From sequence record OP310984.1: a stretch of DNA of 64,000 bases; one strand, 5' to 3'. The notes under the pieces were generated by a model. The model saw nothing but the letters and a program-made list of their open reading frames with translations, was not told the DNA's origin and did no database searches. A program made the position numbers and the translations under genes. This document shows, piece after piece, positions 49,989 through 58,507 of this stretch; the stretch's first letter is position 1; every line of letters begins with the position of its first letter.

Positions 49989-52154
49989 TTATTTGATAAG
50001 CTTAAGTAGAACAGCATTATCAACAAGAGCGCCACGAATAACTTGTAGATAAGATCCATCAGCAGTGATAATGTACATTTTGTGGGTACGTGCATCATCT
50101 GAATCTTTAGAGCTATTTAGACGCTTTGCCATTCCCATGATTACTTGAGTAATCTTAGGTTCAGTAAGTTTACTGATAAGCACTGCTTTCTCGGTATAAA
50201 TATTTAGGCAGGATAGTTCCTCAAGGCGCCAGCCAGTTTGGAAACGCACTGATAGATCTAGAATAGAATTACCTTCTTCTGGATCAATATTAACACACAT
50301 ACTCCGTCCAACAATAAACGGAATACTAGCGGTAAATTTATCAGCTACTGACTTACCCTTCTTACCGATCAGATATGCGATAAGGTCACCGATATCTTCA
50401 CAGAAGTCATCAATGGTTACCTTCTGACTCATTGAATCAGCCAGGAACTCATTAACTGCACTGGTGAGCCTTTCAACTAGGAACCGATAGTAGCGTTGAG
50501 CCAGCTTACCATCTAGCATTAGTTGCTTAAGGCGCTTTGCAATTAGATGCGGATCGGGTTCTTTTCGAATATCCTCGATCTCATACATGACTTCAGTTGA
50601 AGCATCAAATGGATGGGATGATGCTGCGCGATACTCATGTGCTGGAACTACATCATCTTCGCTTAGCTCAAGTGCTTCACGAACTGCATTGAGTGCACCA
50701 GCTTCTGCTTCAAGATTATTTGCACAAGCAATATAACCTTCTAGGATAACTGGATCATGTTCACGATTATCAGTTAACCCAGCATCATTTGGTGAAAACT
50801 CTTCGGCTACTTCTTTAACCGGTTTGGCATCACCCATAATGGTAGATAGCTTATAACTGGTTGCAGTACGCGCACCACCACCACGATGTGCTTGACGACG
50901 GAGATCATCTTGAAGCTCATGCTTTAGATAATCCATTTCCATGTGATTCTCCCACTTACGATATACTTCATGTACAGTGTTATCAGGCCATTTAGCAAGG
51001 AAGCGACAATATACTGCCGGATCCATTAGGATGCTGTATGGATTAGCTGAACTAGCAGTACGTACCCAATCAGGTTTATCTGCAACTAGATGAGCAGGTC
51101 GGATTTCAATGCCACCTGGATTATAGATAACATCCATCGGACGATCTTTATTAATTACAAATCCATTGGGTACATAATAGTTCGGATCGAATACGAGTTC
51201 TTTCACATCTTGAGGGATGGGTAGATCCGTATTATCATTAGTTACAGTATTTGCATTTTGTTGTAGTTCAGGTAGAATCATTACATCACCTCCACCAGGG
51301 ATTGTATCATAACTACTATTTGGAGATACTTCAACAGTGGCACCCCAAGAGTCTTTAGGTTGCATGACTGGTTTGTTTTCCAGGAAAGGAGAAGAACCAG
51401 GTACGTCATATGCAGCATTTGCAATTGATGGACCAGTGTCATGATTAGTTGTTGGTGTATATGCCCCTGGAATGTTCAGCTGCGGATTAGCCATGGTAGC
51501 CGGTTGACCATAGGTCTGTTGGATACCTGCGTTAATTGGAGGTAGTTGTGAACTCATGCCAGGACGACCCATTGCTGCACCCATCCCAGGGAAACTTCCA
51601 GGCTGTACACCAGGTTGTTGATATCCACCCTGCATCATGGTGTTACCACCCATACGCATCTTTTGGATATCTGATTCAATCTGCCCGATTACACCAAGTG
51701 CCTGTTGGATATTCGGCATTAGATGTTGAACTAGACTTTGTAGCTGCGGGAAGGTTTGAGCACATTTACCAACAAAACCAGACCATACTAGAGATGCAGC
51801 TTGCTGCATTGCCTGCTGTGGGTTATTCACCATTTGACGATGAATAAATAGAAACTCTAGAAAGTCAATAACTTTCTGAGCCCACTGCTGATAATAGTTA
51901 TTCTGAAAACCATTACTAGATAGCAGATTATACGCAAATGCATGAAGCTGGGTGGTAGTAGCAGCATTTTGAGCATTCAGCCGGAACAGCCCAATTACAC
52001 CATTGAAATATGGTTGTAGTTGAGGATGTTGTTGATGTGGTGATAACTGTAGCGGTAGGCTAAACAGATAATTCCCATTAGGTAGGTTAGGATCGAAAGT
52101 ACTGGTATCTACACTCTCAAAATCGACAGGTAGATTGTACTGTGCATAGTTCAT
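49989..52154 (-). CDS. Hypothetical protein with a Gln/Gly/Pro-rich low-complexity region (gp124 position)
   Basis: 721 aa; residues ~150-260 are Q/G/P/M-rich. Confidence 0.75.
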   Translation of the reverse strand: MNYAQYNLPVDFESVDTSTFDPNLPNGNYLFSLPLQLSPHQQHPQLQPYFNGVIGLFRLNAQNAATTTQLHAFAYNLLSSNGFQNNYYQQWAQKVIDFLEFLFIHRQMVNNPQQAMQQAASLVWSGFVGKCAQTFPQLQSLVQHLMPNIQQALGVIGQIESDIQKMRMGGNTMMQGGYQQPGVQPGSFPGMGAAMGRPGMSSQLPPINAGIQQTYGQPATMANPQLNIPGAYTPTTNHDTGPSIANAAYDVPGSSPFLENKPVMQPKDSWGATVEVSPNSSYDTIPGGGDVMILPELQQNANTVTNDNTDLPIPQDVKELVFDPNYYVPNGFVINKDRPMDVIYNPGGIEIRPAHLVADKPDWVRTASSANPYSILMDPAVYCRFLAKWPDNTVHEVYRKWENHMEMDYLKHELQDDLRRQAHRGGGARTATSYKLSTIMGDAKPVKEVAEEFSPNDAGLTDNREHDPVILEGYIACANNLEAEAGALNAVREALELSEDDVVPAHEYRAASSHPFDASTEVMYEIEDIRKEPDPHLIAKRLKQLMLDGKLAQRYYRFLVERLTSAVNEFLADSMSQKVTIDDFCEDIGDLIAYLIGKKGKSVADKFTASIPFIVGRSMCVNIDPEEGNSILDLSVRFQTGWRLEELSCLNIYTEKAVLISKLTEPKITQVIMGMAKRLNSSKDSDDARTHKMYIITADGSYLQVIRGALVDNAVLLKLIK

Positions 52155-52189
52155 GTGAATAATACCTATTAAGTAGTTAAAGATTTAAT

Positions 52190-53821
52190 TTATTTTGCAC
52201 GGAACATTAATTGAGCGTTGTCAATTATTTCACGCACTTCTTCACGACGTTCAACTAGTCCAGTTGGACCCACTTTGGTATACATATTAAGCCTACCTCG
52301 ACCATCCGGGTTGTTCTTAGGTTGGTTTTTATATTGACCTACCTCAGCAATAGATGCGTGAATAATCCTAGATGAGTCATTGATTAGAGACTTATTATGA
52401 GCCTTAGCTGTTTTAGCGCGATCCTGTGTAACTAGGATAGATGTCCCTTTAATCAACATACTGGAGTTTGGATTACTCATTGTATCGAGTTCACCATGGT
52501 CCACTGTTAATCGTTTAATAGCTGTCTGTAGTTTAAAAGAACGTTTTAAACCTTCGTTTAGCTCTTGTACAGTCCATTCACGATCACGCCTAGACTGGAA
52601 CATATAACCAAACATACTTACAGCATAGTTAAACTCTGACATCAAGTAATGCAGTACTGTTAACCTTTTACCATACATACTAGTTTCATCAATATCAGTA
52701 GCATAAAGATGATGAGCCAAACTAGTCATGATCTCGTAAAGAAGTTCCCAAATAGTACTTACATTGACACCAACTGTTTTAAGTTCTTCAATAGTCATTT
52801 CGTCTAGTGAATTACAGAAACTGTGTAGGTGTGAATCAATGTTTTCCTCTACTTTACCTTGGTGCTCAAAATCACCAAACACCATGTGACCTAGGATAAC
52901 ACGCCATAAGTTGGTACTATCTACATATTCAGGTCGAGTAAACCGCATTGGAAATGCATCGACCACATACCAGAAACCAGCGATAAGTCGTGTGGCAAAA
53001 ATAGATTCTTGATGACGAGGTATAACAAGAACCATTTCACCGGTGGGATGTTTGCCTTTTAATGTTGCACTGGAATAAATATTCCACTTTTCACGTGGAT
53101 ATTCTTCTTCAGGAAAATCAGACAGCAGTCCACACTTAACATCTACATTAGCCCATTGTTTGAAAGTTTGAGTTACTCCAAACTGACAGAAGAAATAATG
53201 AGCTAAACATGACTCAATATGTGGTCGATTATCCAGATCTCGTTTAGTACGCTTAGCCATTTCATTGTGAATCTGTGACCAGATCACATACATGATTTTA
53301 CGCTGACCATTGCACATGTAATGGTGGTCAGTTTGTTTAAAGGTTAGCTTAGTACGACGAAACGGGATGAAGATGCTATCATTAAGTACAGAGAACCCAA
53401 CATCAGTTAATACTGGTGAACCGATATATTTCGCACCATTGATAGTTACCATATTGCCTCTCTTAAAAGCTGGTAACAACATTGGACGAGGATAAAGCAT
53501 TTCCCCTTTATAACTAAACATTAGGTCAATCATGTACATGTCAGTTGGAGCAATATTGGCAATACGCTTAGCATTATATTCCCGAGTAATCTCTTCAAAA
53601 TGCTTAAGCGGTGTACATGCACGATTGCCTTCATATTTGAAGCCATCGGGAAATAGAACTGAACTGATATCAAATAAAGAATCAATATAACGCCTGGTCA
53701 TATTAACACCAGTATTTGGATCACGAGTCATGGTGTGTTCGACTGTGATACCATTTGCTAGTGTTGGATTCATGCAAGGCGTATTTTCACGAATCTTTTC
53801 AATTAGAAATGGATCCGGCAT
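52190..53821 (-). CDS. gp123: Non-virion RNA polymerase beta subunit, N-terminal part
   Basis: 543 aa; recognised phiKZ gp123 size, start and position. Confidence 0.85.
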   Translation of the reverse strand: MPDPFLIEKIRENTPCMNPTLANGITVEHTMTRDPNTGVNMTRRYIDSLFDISSVLFPDGFKYEGNRACTPLKHFEEITREYNAKRIANIAPTDMYMIDLMFSYKGEMLYPRPMLLPAFKRGNMVTINGAKYIGSPVLTDVGFSVLNDSIFIPFRRTKLTFKQTDHHYMCNGQRKIMYVIWSQIHNEMAKRTKRDLDNRPHIESCLAHYFFCQFGVTQTFKQWANVDVKCGLLSDFPEEEYPREKWNIYSSATLKGKHPTGEMVLVIPRHQESIFATRLIAGFWYVVDAFPMRFTRPEYVDSTNLWRVILGHMVFGDFEHQGKVEENIDSHLHSFCNSLDEMTIEELKTVGVNVSTIWELLYEIMTSLAHHLYATDIDETSMYGKRLTVLHYLMSEFNYAVSMFGYMFQSRRDREWTVQELNEGLKRSFKLQTAIKRLTVDHGELDTMSNPNSSMLIKGTSILVTQDRAKTAKAHNKSLINDSSRIIHASIAEVGQYKNQPKNNPDGRGRLNMYTKVGPTGLVERREEVREIIDNAQLMFRAK

Positions 53822-53830
53822 TATAAACTC

Positions 53831-54913
53831 CTAAACTTTTGGCAAAATTAAATCCATCAGTGAACCTACAATTTTAATGGATGATACTAGATCAGAGGCA
53901 ATGGAGTTTAGATCACCCCATTTTAGACCATGAATCAATACAACATCTTTTGGTTTGAATTCTTTATCAAACGTACCAGCTGCTTTTTCCTGGGCTTCCC
54001 TTTCCTTAATATCAGCCGCTGTTAAGAGCGCAGTCTTAAGACGTTCAATAACTTTCTTATCTTTAATTCCAACCATTGCAGCAGCTTCTTCATGTGTTCT
54101 AAAGAAACCATTTTCATGGAACTGTTCAGGAGGTATTACATATCTCTTTTCGCCATTATGACTAATACATCCATGCTTACCACGGATATTAACAATAAGA
54201 CCAGGATCTAATGATGGATTATAGATTGACTCAATGGCCATAATTCTGCCAGCCATTACATAAAACAATTTATCTGGTTTATTGATGTCAGTATTATACG
54301 TTAAAGAATATGTTTCATTCCATACTTGATTAGAAAGTGCTTCTTCTTCTGGACTAAGTCCGCTATAACCAGGAGGACTAATATTTCTATTTGGATAAAA
54401 TTCAAAATACTGACTATACTCAGTTTTAAATACTTGGATACCTAAACTCTGAATCCAACCGCCATGGTATTGATCCACTAGTTTTGATAAGTCAATTGAA
54501 TACCAAATATTAATCTCAGATAGCTGATTATTAAACTGATCGAATGTCTGTCGACTAAATGACTGAATATATTCTAACATTTCCTCAGGTGTAAAACCTG
54601 GAATAGATTTAGCCATAACTTCATAGTTAAAACTATCATCACCACTCCATCGGTAAATGACCTTAACTACTAGTCTATTAGACATTACATACTTACGGGA
54701 TGTCCCAATATTGATAGCGTGACCAGATGAATCGACTACAGTAATACGATGAAATGATTCATTCCGATACTCGACAAAACGTGAGACAGGGAGATTCCAA
54801 TTAGCGTATGGATCACCCTTAGTGTATGCAGTTCCCGATTTCTTATCATACGGGTGATCGATAGTGGGCTTAACTGATACTTGAGTAAGCCCCGCAATTT
54901 TTAATGTTACCAT
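53831..54913 (-). CDS. Hypothetical protein (gp122 position)
   Basis: 360-aa ORF in the early operon. Confidence 0.75.
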   Translation of the reverse strand: MVTLKIAGLTQVSVKPTIDHPYDKKSGTAYTKGDPYANWNLPVSRFVEYRNESFHRITVVDSSGHAINIGTSRKYVMSNRLVVKVIYRWSGDDSFNYEVMAKSIPGFTPEEMLEYIQSFSRQTFDQFNNQLSEINIWYSIDLSKLVDQYHGGWIQSLGIQVFKTEYSQYFEFYPNRNISPPGYSGLSPEEEALSNQVWNETYSLTYNTDINKPDKLFYVMAGRIMAIESIYNPSLDPGLIVNIRGKHGCISHNGEKRYVIPPEQFHENGFFRTHEEAAAMVGIKDKKVIERLKTALLTAADIKEREAQEKAAGTFDKEFKPKDVVLIHGLKWGDLNSIASDLVSSIKIVGSLMDLILPKV

Positions 54914-55322
54914 TGAAATCTACCTTAATCACAACGGCCTCCAAATCTACAATGTTGGGGAGCCTCTTTTTAGTTTGATGTACGGACCTTCCCTTGAAGG
55001 ATTCACTCTTTTCCTTATTACTTGATTTCTGCCATTTATGCGGGTCACTCGAACAATATAACTTTTCGGTGGCCCGCTTAAACTGTTTTTCTTGAGGGAT
55101 CTCCTCAATGTTTTTCTTGGCATAATCTGTAATAAAGTCCTCTAGCCCTTTGGGCATAAAGGCATCCTGAACAGGATGGAATTCTTCAAAGAAAGTATTA
55201 ATGTATTTATCATCATCTACGGTAGACATCTTATTATCTACCATGGTATTTTTTTCTATAAGAGATACCCTCAGGGCATCTTGCCATCTTTCGATGACTT
55301 CTGGAAATAATTGAACGTTCAT
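54870..55322 (-). CDS. Hypothetical protein (gp121 position)
   Basis: 150 aa; first gene after an early promoter; overlaps the next gene by 44 nt. Confidence 0.65.
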   Translation of the reverse strand: MNVQLFPEVIERWQDALRVSLIEKNTMVDNKMSTVDDDKYINTFFEEFHPVQDAFMPKGLEDFITDYAKKNIEEIPQEKQFKRATEKLYCSSDPHKWQKSSNKEKSESFKGRSVHQTKKRLPNIVDLEAVVIKVDFNGNIKNCGAYSSIS

Positions 55323-55363
55323 TTGGATTAACCTATTTTTAAATTAGAAGATCATGATCATTA

Positions 55364-55399
55364 CTGTAATATAGATCTTAAACTTTTTTTAATGTAATA
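55364..55399 (-). promoter_or_regulatory. phiKZ-type early promoter
   Basis: Minus strand TATTACATTAAAAAAAGTTTAAGATCTATATTACAG. Confidence 0.85.
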
Positions 55400-55408
55400 C
55401 AACATAAA

Positions 55409-55428
55409 GCCCTCCCCGAAGGGAGGGC
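55409..55428 (-). terminator. Terminator of the major capsid transcript
   Basis: Minus strand GCCCTCCC-TTCG-GGGAGGGC-TTTATG. Confidence 0.85.
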
Positions 55429-55437
55429 CTATGTCTG

Positions 55438-55518
55438 TTACTCTTCTAACTTCCGGGCATTACCGTCTTCCAAATAACGGATAGTCCCATTTTCTAGATA
55501 ACGGTAACCCTTTCCAGC
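55438..55518 (-). other. In-frame 26-codon extension after the capsid UGA (putative readthrough domain)
   Basis: AGKGYRYLENGTIRYLEDGNARKLEE then TAA, in frame with gp120 and inside the transcript. Confidence 0.7.
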
Positions 55519-57762
55519 TCACGGCTTAAGATCAGCAAGCTTACCGTTGAACTGAGTTTCGCCCATGACTTTCTGGAAGCCAGTGATCTTGAACTCTAGT
55601 GCGAACGGAATGTTGTTGACGTGTAGGTTGAACGGAATGGCCGCGATTTCGCGAGTAACCTGGTGACCACCACGGGTGATCGGTAGGTCAGCGATAACAG
55701 TAGATACGTAGAAGAACTGACCCCAGGAGAGGATGTCGTTTTCTTGTTGTACTGCGCGGGTCGGAATTACAACTAGCTTACCATCGAATAGCTGGTTGTT
55801 GGTGGAAACGATATCGTACTTGAGATAAGCACCTAGAGTACGGTCGTCACCTTTAGTCATTAGATAGTTAGCAATCTCTTTGTCGGAGCAGAAGAGATAC
55901 ATCGGAGTTTCATCCTGGTTACCGGAGATAACACGGAAGGCAGCTTCAATGTTGGAATCACGGTGAGCCGGGAATAGCTCAGCTTTAACACAGTTTAGGA
56001 TCGCAGCGCAAACGTCGTCCCAACGATCTTTAGACTTGATGGTGTCGATGACTTTCTCAAGATCTAGTTCTTTGTAACGATAGGTCGGACGCATTACAGC
56101 GGATAGTGCACCTTCGATGATACCAAACTTCGGACGGTTGTAACCATTGTGTACAACTTCACGTAGTTGAGCAAGGTAGTTAAGCATGCGCTTAACAGCG
56201 TTGTTGCTGTTACGGATGTTGGTGTTAACGGTTAGAGCTTTAACAACCTCACCCGGACCTTCATCGGTCATGGTGTCCATCGGTAGAGTTACAGGAGCGT
56301 GCATCGGGATCGGATGACGGAACTGTAGTGCACGGGTCTGTAGTAGGTGACCACGCTGACGACGGTTGGTGTTGGTGAAGCGAGTATCTAGTTCGAAACC
56401 GATAACAGCTAGGTCAGTTAGCTGATCTAGAATAGCTTTAACAGCCGGGTCAGCATTATCCATTACTTGACCATCTTCGTTTAGAACTTTATCGACGTAA
56501 GTGTCGGTAGCACCAAACTTAGAATCGCCTTTGGATAGGCTGATAGTACCGCCGAAACCAACGCTTAGACGTAGGCTTAGTTTAGCAGTCTTAAGGTCGT
56601 TAATAACGCCATCAGCTGAACCGTCGATGAAAGTGGTATCGCCACTAACAACAAGGTCATCGCTATCGAAACGGATAACTGCGTTCCGGGTATCACCAAC
56701 TAGATCGGGCTGGAACACAGCGCGAGGTAGACGGTCAACCTTGAACTTAACAACTTTACCGCCGAGTAGAACGAATAGGTTCTTTAGACGACCAGCCGGA
56801 TCAATGGTGTCAGAAACTTCAAGCATGCCACGCTGAATGAGTAGGTTAGCATTGGAGTTACCCATTAGATCAAGACGTACGTTCGCTTTTAGCGGAGCAG
56901 TAGTGATAGTTAGGTTCTGCTCGTTCTTGATGGTGTACGGAGGAACAAGAGCCGGGTCTACGAAGAAGTCAGCATTGGAACCAGCCGGATCTAGGGCAGG
57001 AATTAGTGCAATGCTTTCGTCGTCGAGGATGGAAGGATCACGATAGGCTTCTACCATGTTCACTTCTTCGTTATCCATCTTAACGCCGGATACTTCGTGG
57101 TAAACGTCTTTCATTACAGCGATGTAAGGAAGAACCTGAACAACACCACCTTCAATCGGGTTGATAACGGTGGTCGGATAGATACGCTCAGCGAATTCAT
57201 CCTGACGGCTAGCAGCTAGGTTATAACCAATAGTTACAACACGGAAATCACGCTGTGACTTCTCGTTATAGTTCTCTAGGCCAACACCATTTTCGAATAC
57301 TTGAATGCCACCAGCAGGGCCATTGAACTGATGCTGTACAACCTTAACATGATCTTCATTAGAAGCTTTAGCTTTGGTAATACCACGTAGTGCACGGATA
57401 TATTTAGTTTCATCAGCACAGGCGATAGCAGCCATGGTAGCAGCAGTGATTTGGTTCTCACGGACACGTTCTTCACGAGCACGTACTTGAGGATCACTGG
57501 AACTTACTCGTTCGAAACCATAGTCGTTAACGAGCATTTGCATTTTGTTATAAATTGCAGCAGCATCTTGAATGTCGGTAGCTTGCACGGTACCGAAGTT
57601 TTCATGTGAAATGCTGCTAATAAGGGAACGACCTTGACTAACAACGCTGTCATTTAGACCAATTTCACTTTCTAGGCGGCCAATGAAATCTTCCATTGAG
57701 AAGACTTCGTAATTCTTTTCGCCTTTGTGTTTAAACAGTTCTCTTAGGGCATGTACGCTCAT
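55519..57762 (-). CDS. gp120: Major capsid protein precursor
   Basis: 747 aa; recognised phiKZ gp120; GLE/N maturation site at 163/164; strongly biased codon use. Confidence 0.95.
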   Translation of the reverse strand: MSVHALRELFKHKGEKNYEVFSMEDFIGRLESEIGLNDSVVSQGRSLISSISHENFGTVQATDIQDAAAIYNKMQMLVNDYGFERVSSSDPQVRAREERVRENQITAATMAAIACADETKYIRALRGITKAKASNEDHVKVVQHQFNGPAGGIQVFENGVGLENYNEKSQRDFRVVTIGYNLAASRQDEFAERIYPTTVINPIEGGVVQVLPYIAVMKDVYHEVSGVKMDNEEVNMVEAYRDPSILDDESIALIPALDPAGSNADFFVDPALVPPYTIKNEQNLTITTAPLKANVRLDLMGNSNANLLIQRGMLEVSDTIDPAGRLKNLFVLLGGKVVKFKVDRLPRAVFQPDLVGDTRNAVIRFDSDDLVVSGDTTFIDGSADGVINDLKTAKLSLRLSVGFGGTISLSKGDSKFGATDTYVDKVLNEDGQVMDNADPAVKAILDQLTDLAVIGFELDTRFTNTNRRQRGHLLQTRALQFRHPIPMHAPVTLPMDTMTDEGPGEVVKALTVNTNIRNSNNAVKRMLNYLAQLREVVHNGYNRPKFGIIEGALSAVMRPTYRYKELDLEKVIDTIKSKDRWDDVCAAILNCVKAELFPAHRDSNIEAAFRVISGNQDETPMYLFCSDKEIANYLMTKGDDRTLGAYLKYDIVSTNNQLFDGKLVVIPTRAVQQENDILSWGQFFYVSTVIADLPITRGGHQVTREIAAIPFNLHVNNIPFALEFKITGFQKVMGETQFNGKLADLKP

Positions 57763-57834
57763 TTTTTATTCCTACGTAGGATGAGTTTTTGGTTTAAAAA
57801 TTTGGGTCTACTAAGCATCTTTTCCGGAATCAAC

Positions 57835-58368
57835 CTAGCAGCTCTCCAAATAATAGGTAAAAATTTGTGTTGACGCCACGGATTCACGTGGGCGGGTGTT
57901 CAACATTTCATTTATCATACTATCAAAGAAAGTATGGTTAAGTTGAATTGAGACACGTCTAGGATCGCTACTTGCAATGTGCGCACTCTGCTGCACCGCA
58001 ACCCACAGATTCTCATCTACAGGATATAGGTAATAATCGTACACTAAATTACGGTTACCTGCATCCCTAAGTTCATTAGTCGCTAGGCGGCTCTCTAAAC
58101 GATTGTGTAAATCCTTCATCTTAAATTGTTCAGGACCGTCTATTTCACCTAACTCAGCAACTTTGATTATCGGGCTTACTGCTAACTTAATATCTAGTTT
58201 TTCTGGTAATAGAAAGGGGAAAGCAGTTAAAGCCTGATGTATCTCCGCAAGATCATTTACGGAGGTTTCGGAAACTATATAGTTGGTGTCTAACAATTTG
58301 TTAAATTGTACACCTGCTGTTTTATATGATTCAAAAACAGCTTTTGGCATAACCAGAACTTGGGTCAT
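57835..58368 (-). CDS. gp119: Head protein
   Basis: 177 aa immediately upstream of the capsid gene. Confidence 0.7.
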   Translation of the reverse strand: MTQVLVMPKAVFESYKTAGVQFNKLLDTNYIVSETSVNDLAEIHQALTAFPFLLPEKLDIKLAVSPIIKVAELGEIDGPEQFKMKDLHNRLESRLATNELRDAGNRNLVYDYYLYPVDENLWVAVQQSAHIASSDPRRVSIQLNHTFFDSMINEMLNTRPRESVASTQIFTYYLESC

Positions 58369-58440
58369 TGTGAAAGTACCTATATTGTAACTTTAGGCTT
58401 TTGGGAACTGTCTACATAGCAATATAGCAAATACATTCAC

Positions 58441-58450
58441 TAAAATTACT
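58441..58450 (+). promoter_or_regulatory. Putative middle promoter element
   Basis: TAAAATTACT upstream of the helicase, the same 10-mer as upstream of uvsX. Confidence 0.4.
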
Positions 58451-58507
58451 AGCTATCTAAATGATACACTGTACATCTCTTAATTTCACAATTGGAAATC
58501 TATAAAA

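Noticed and set aside
52190-53821. Possible intron, intein or homing endonuclease in the RNAP, helicase or UvsX genes
   Set aside because: ORFs are continuous and of the expected sizes; no HNH, GIY-YIG, LAGLIDADG or intein motifs seen.
55519-55521. Selenocysteine insertion at the capsid UGA
   Set aside because: The downstream hairpin does not clearly match the short bacterial SECIS geometry; ordinary near-cognate readthrough is more parsimonious, though Sec is not excluded.
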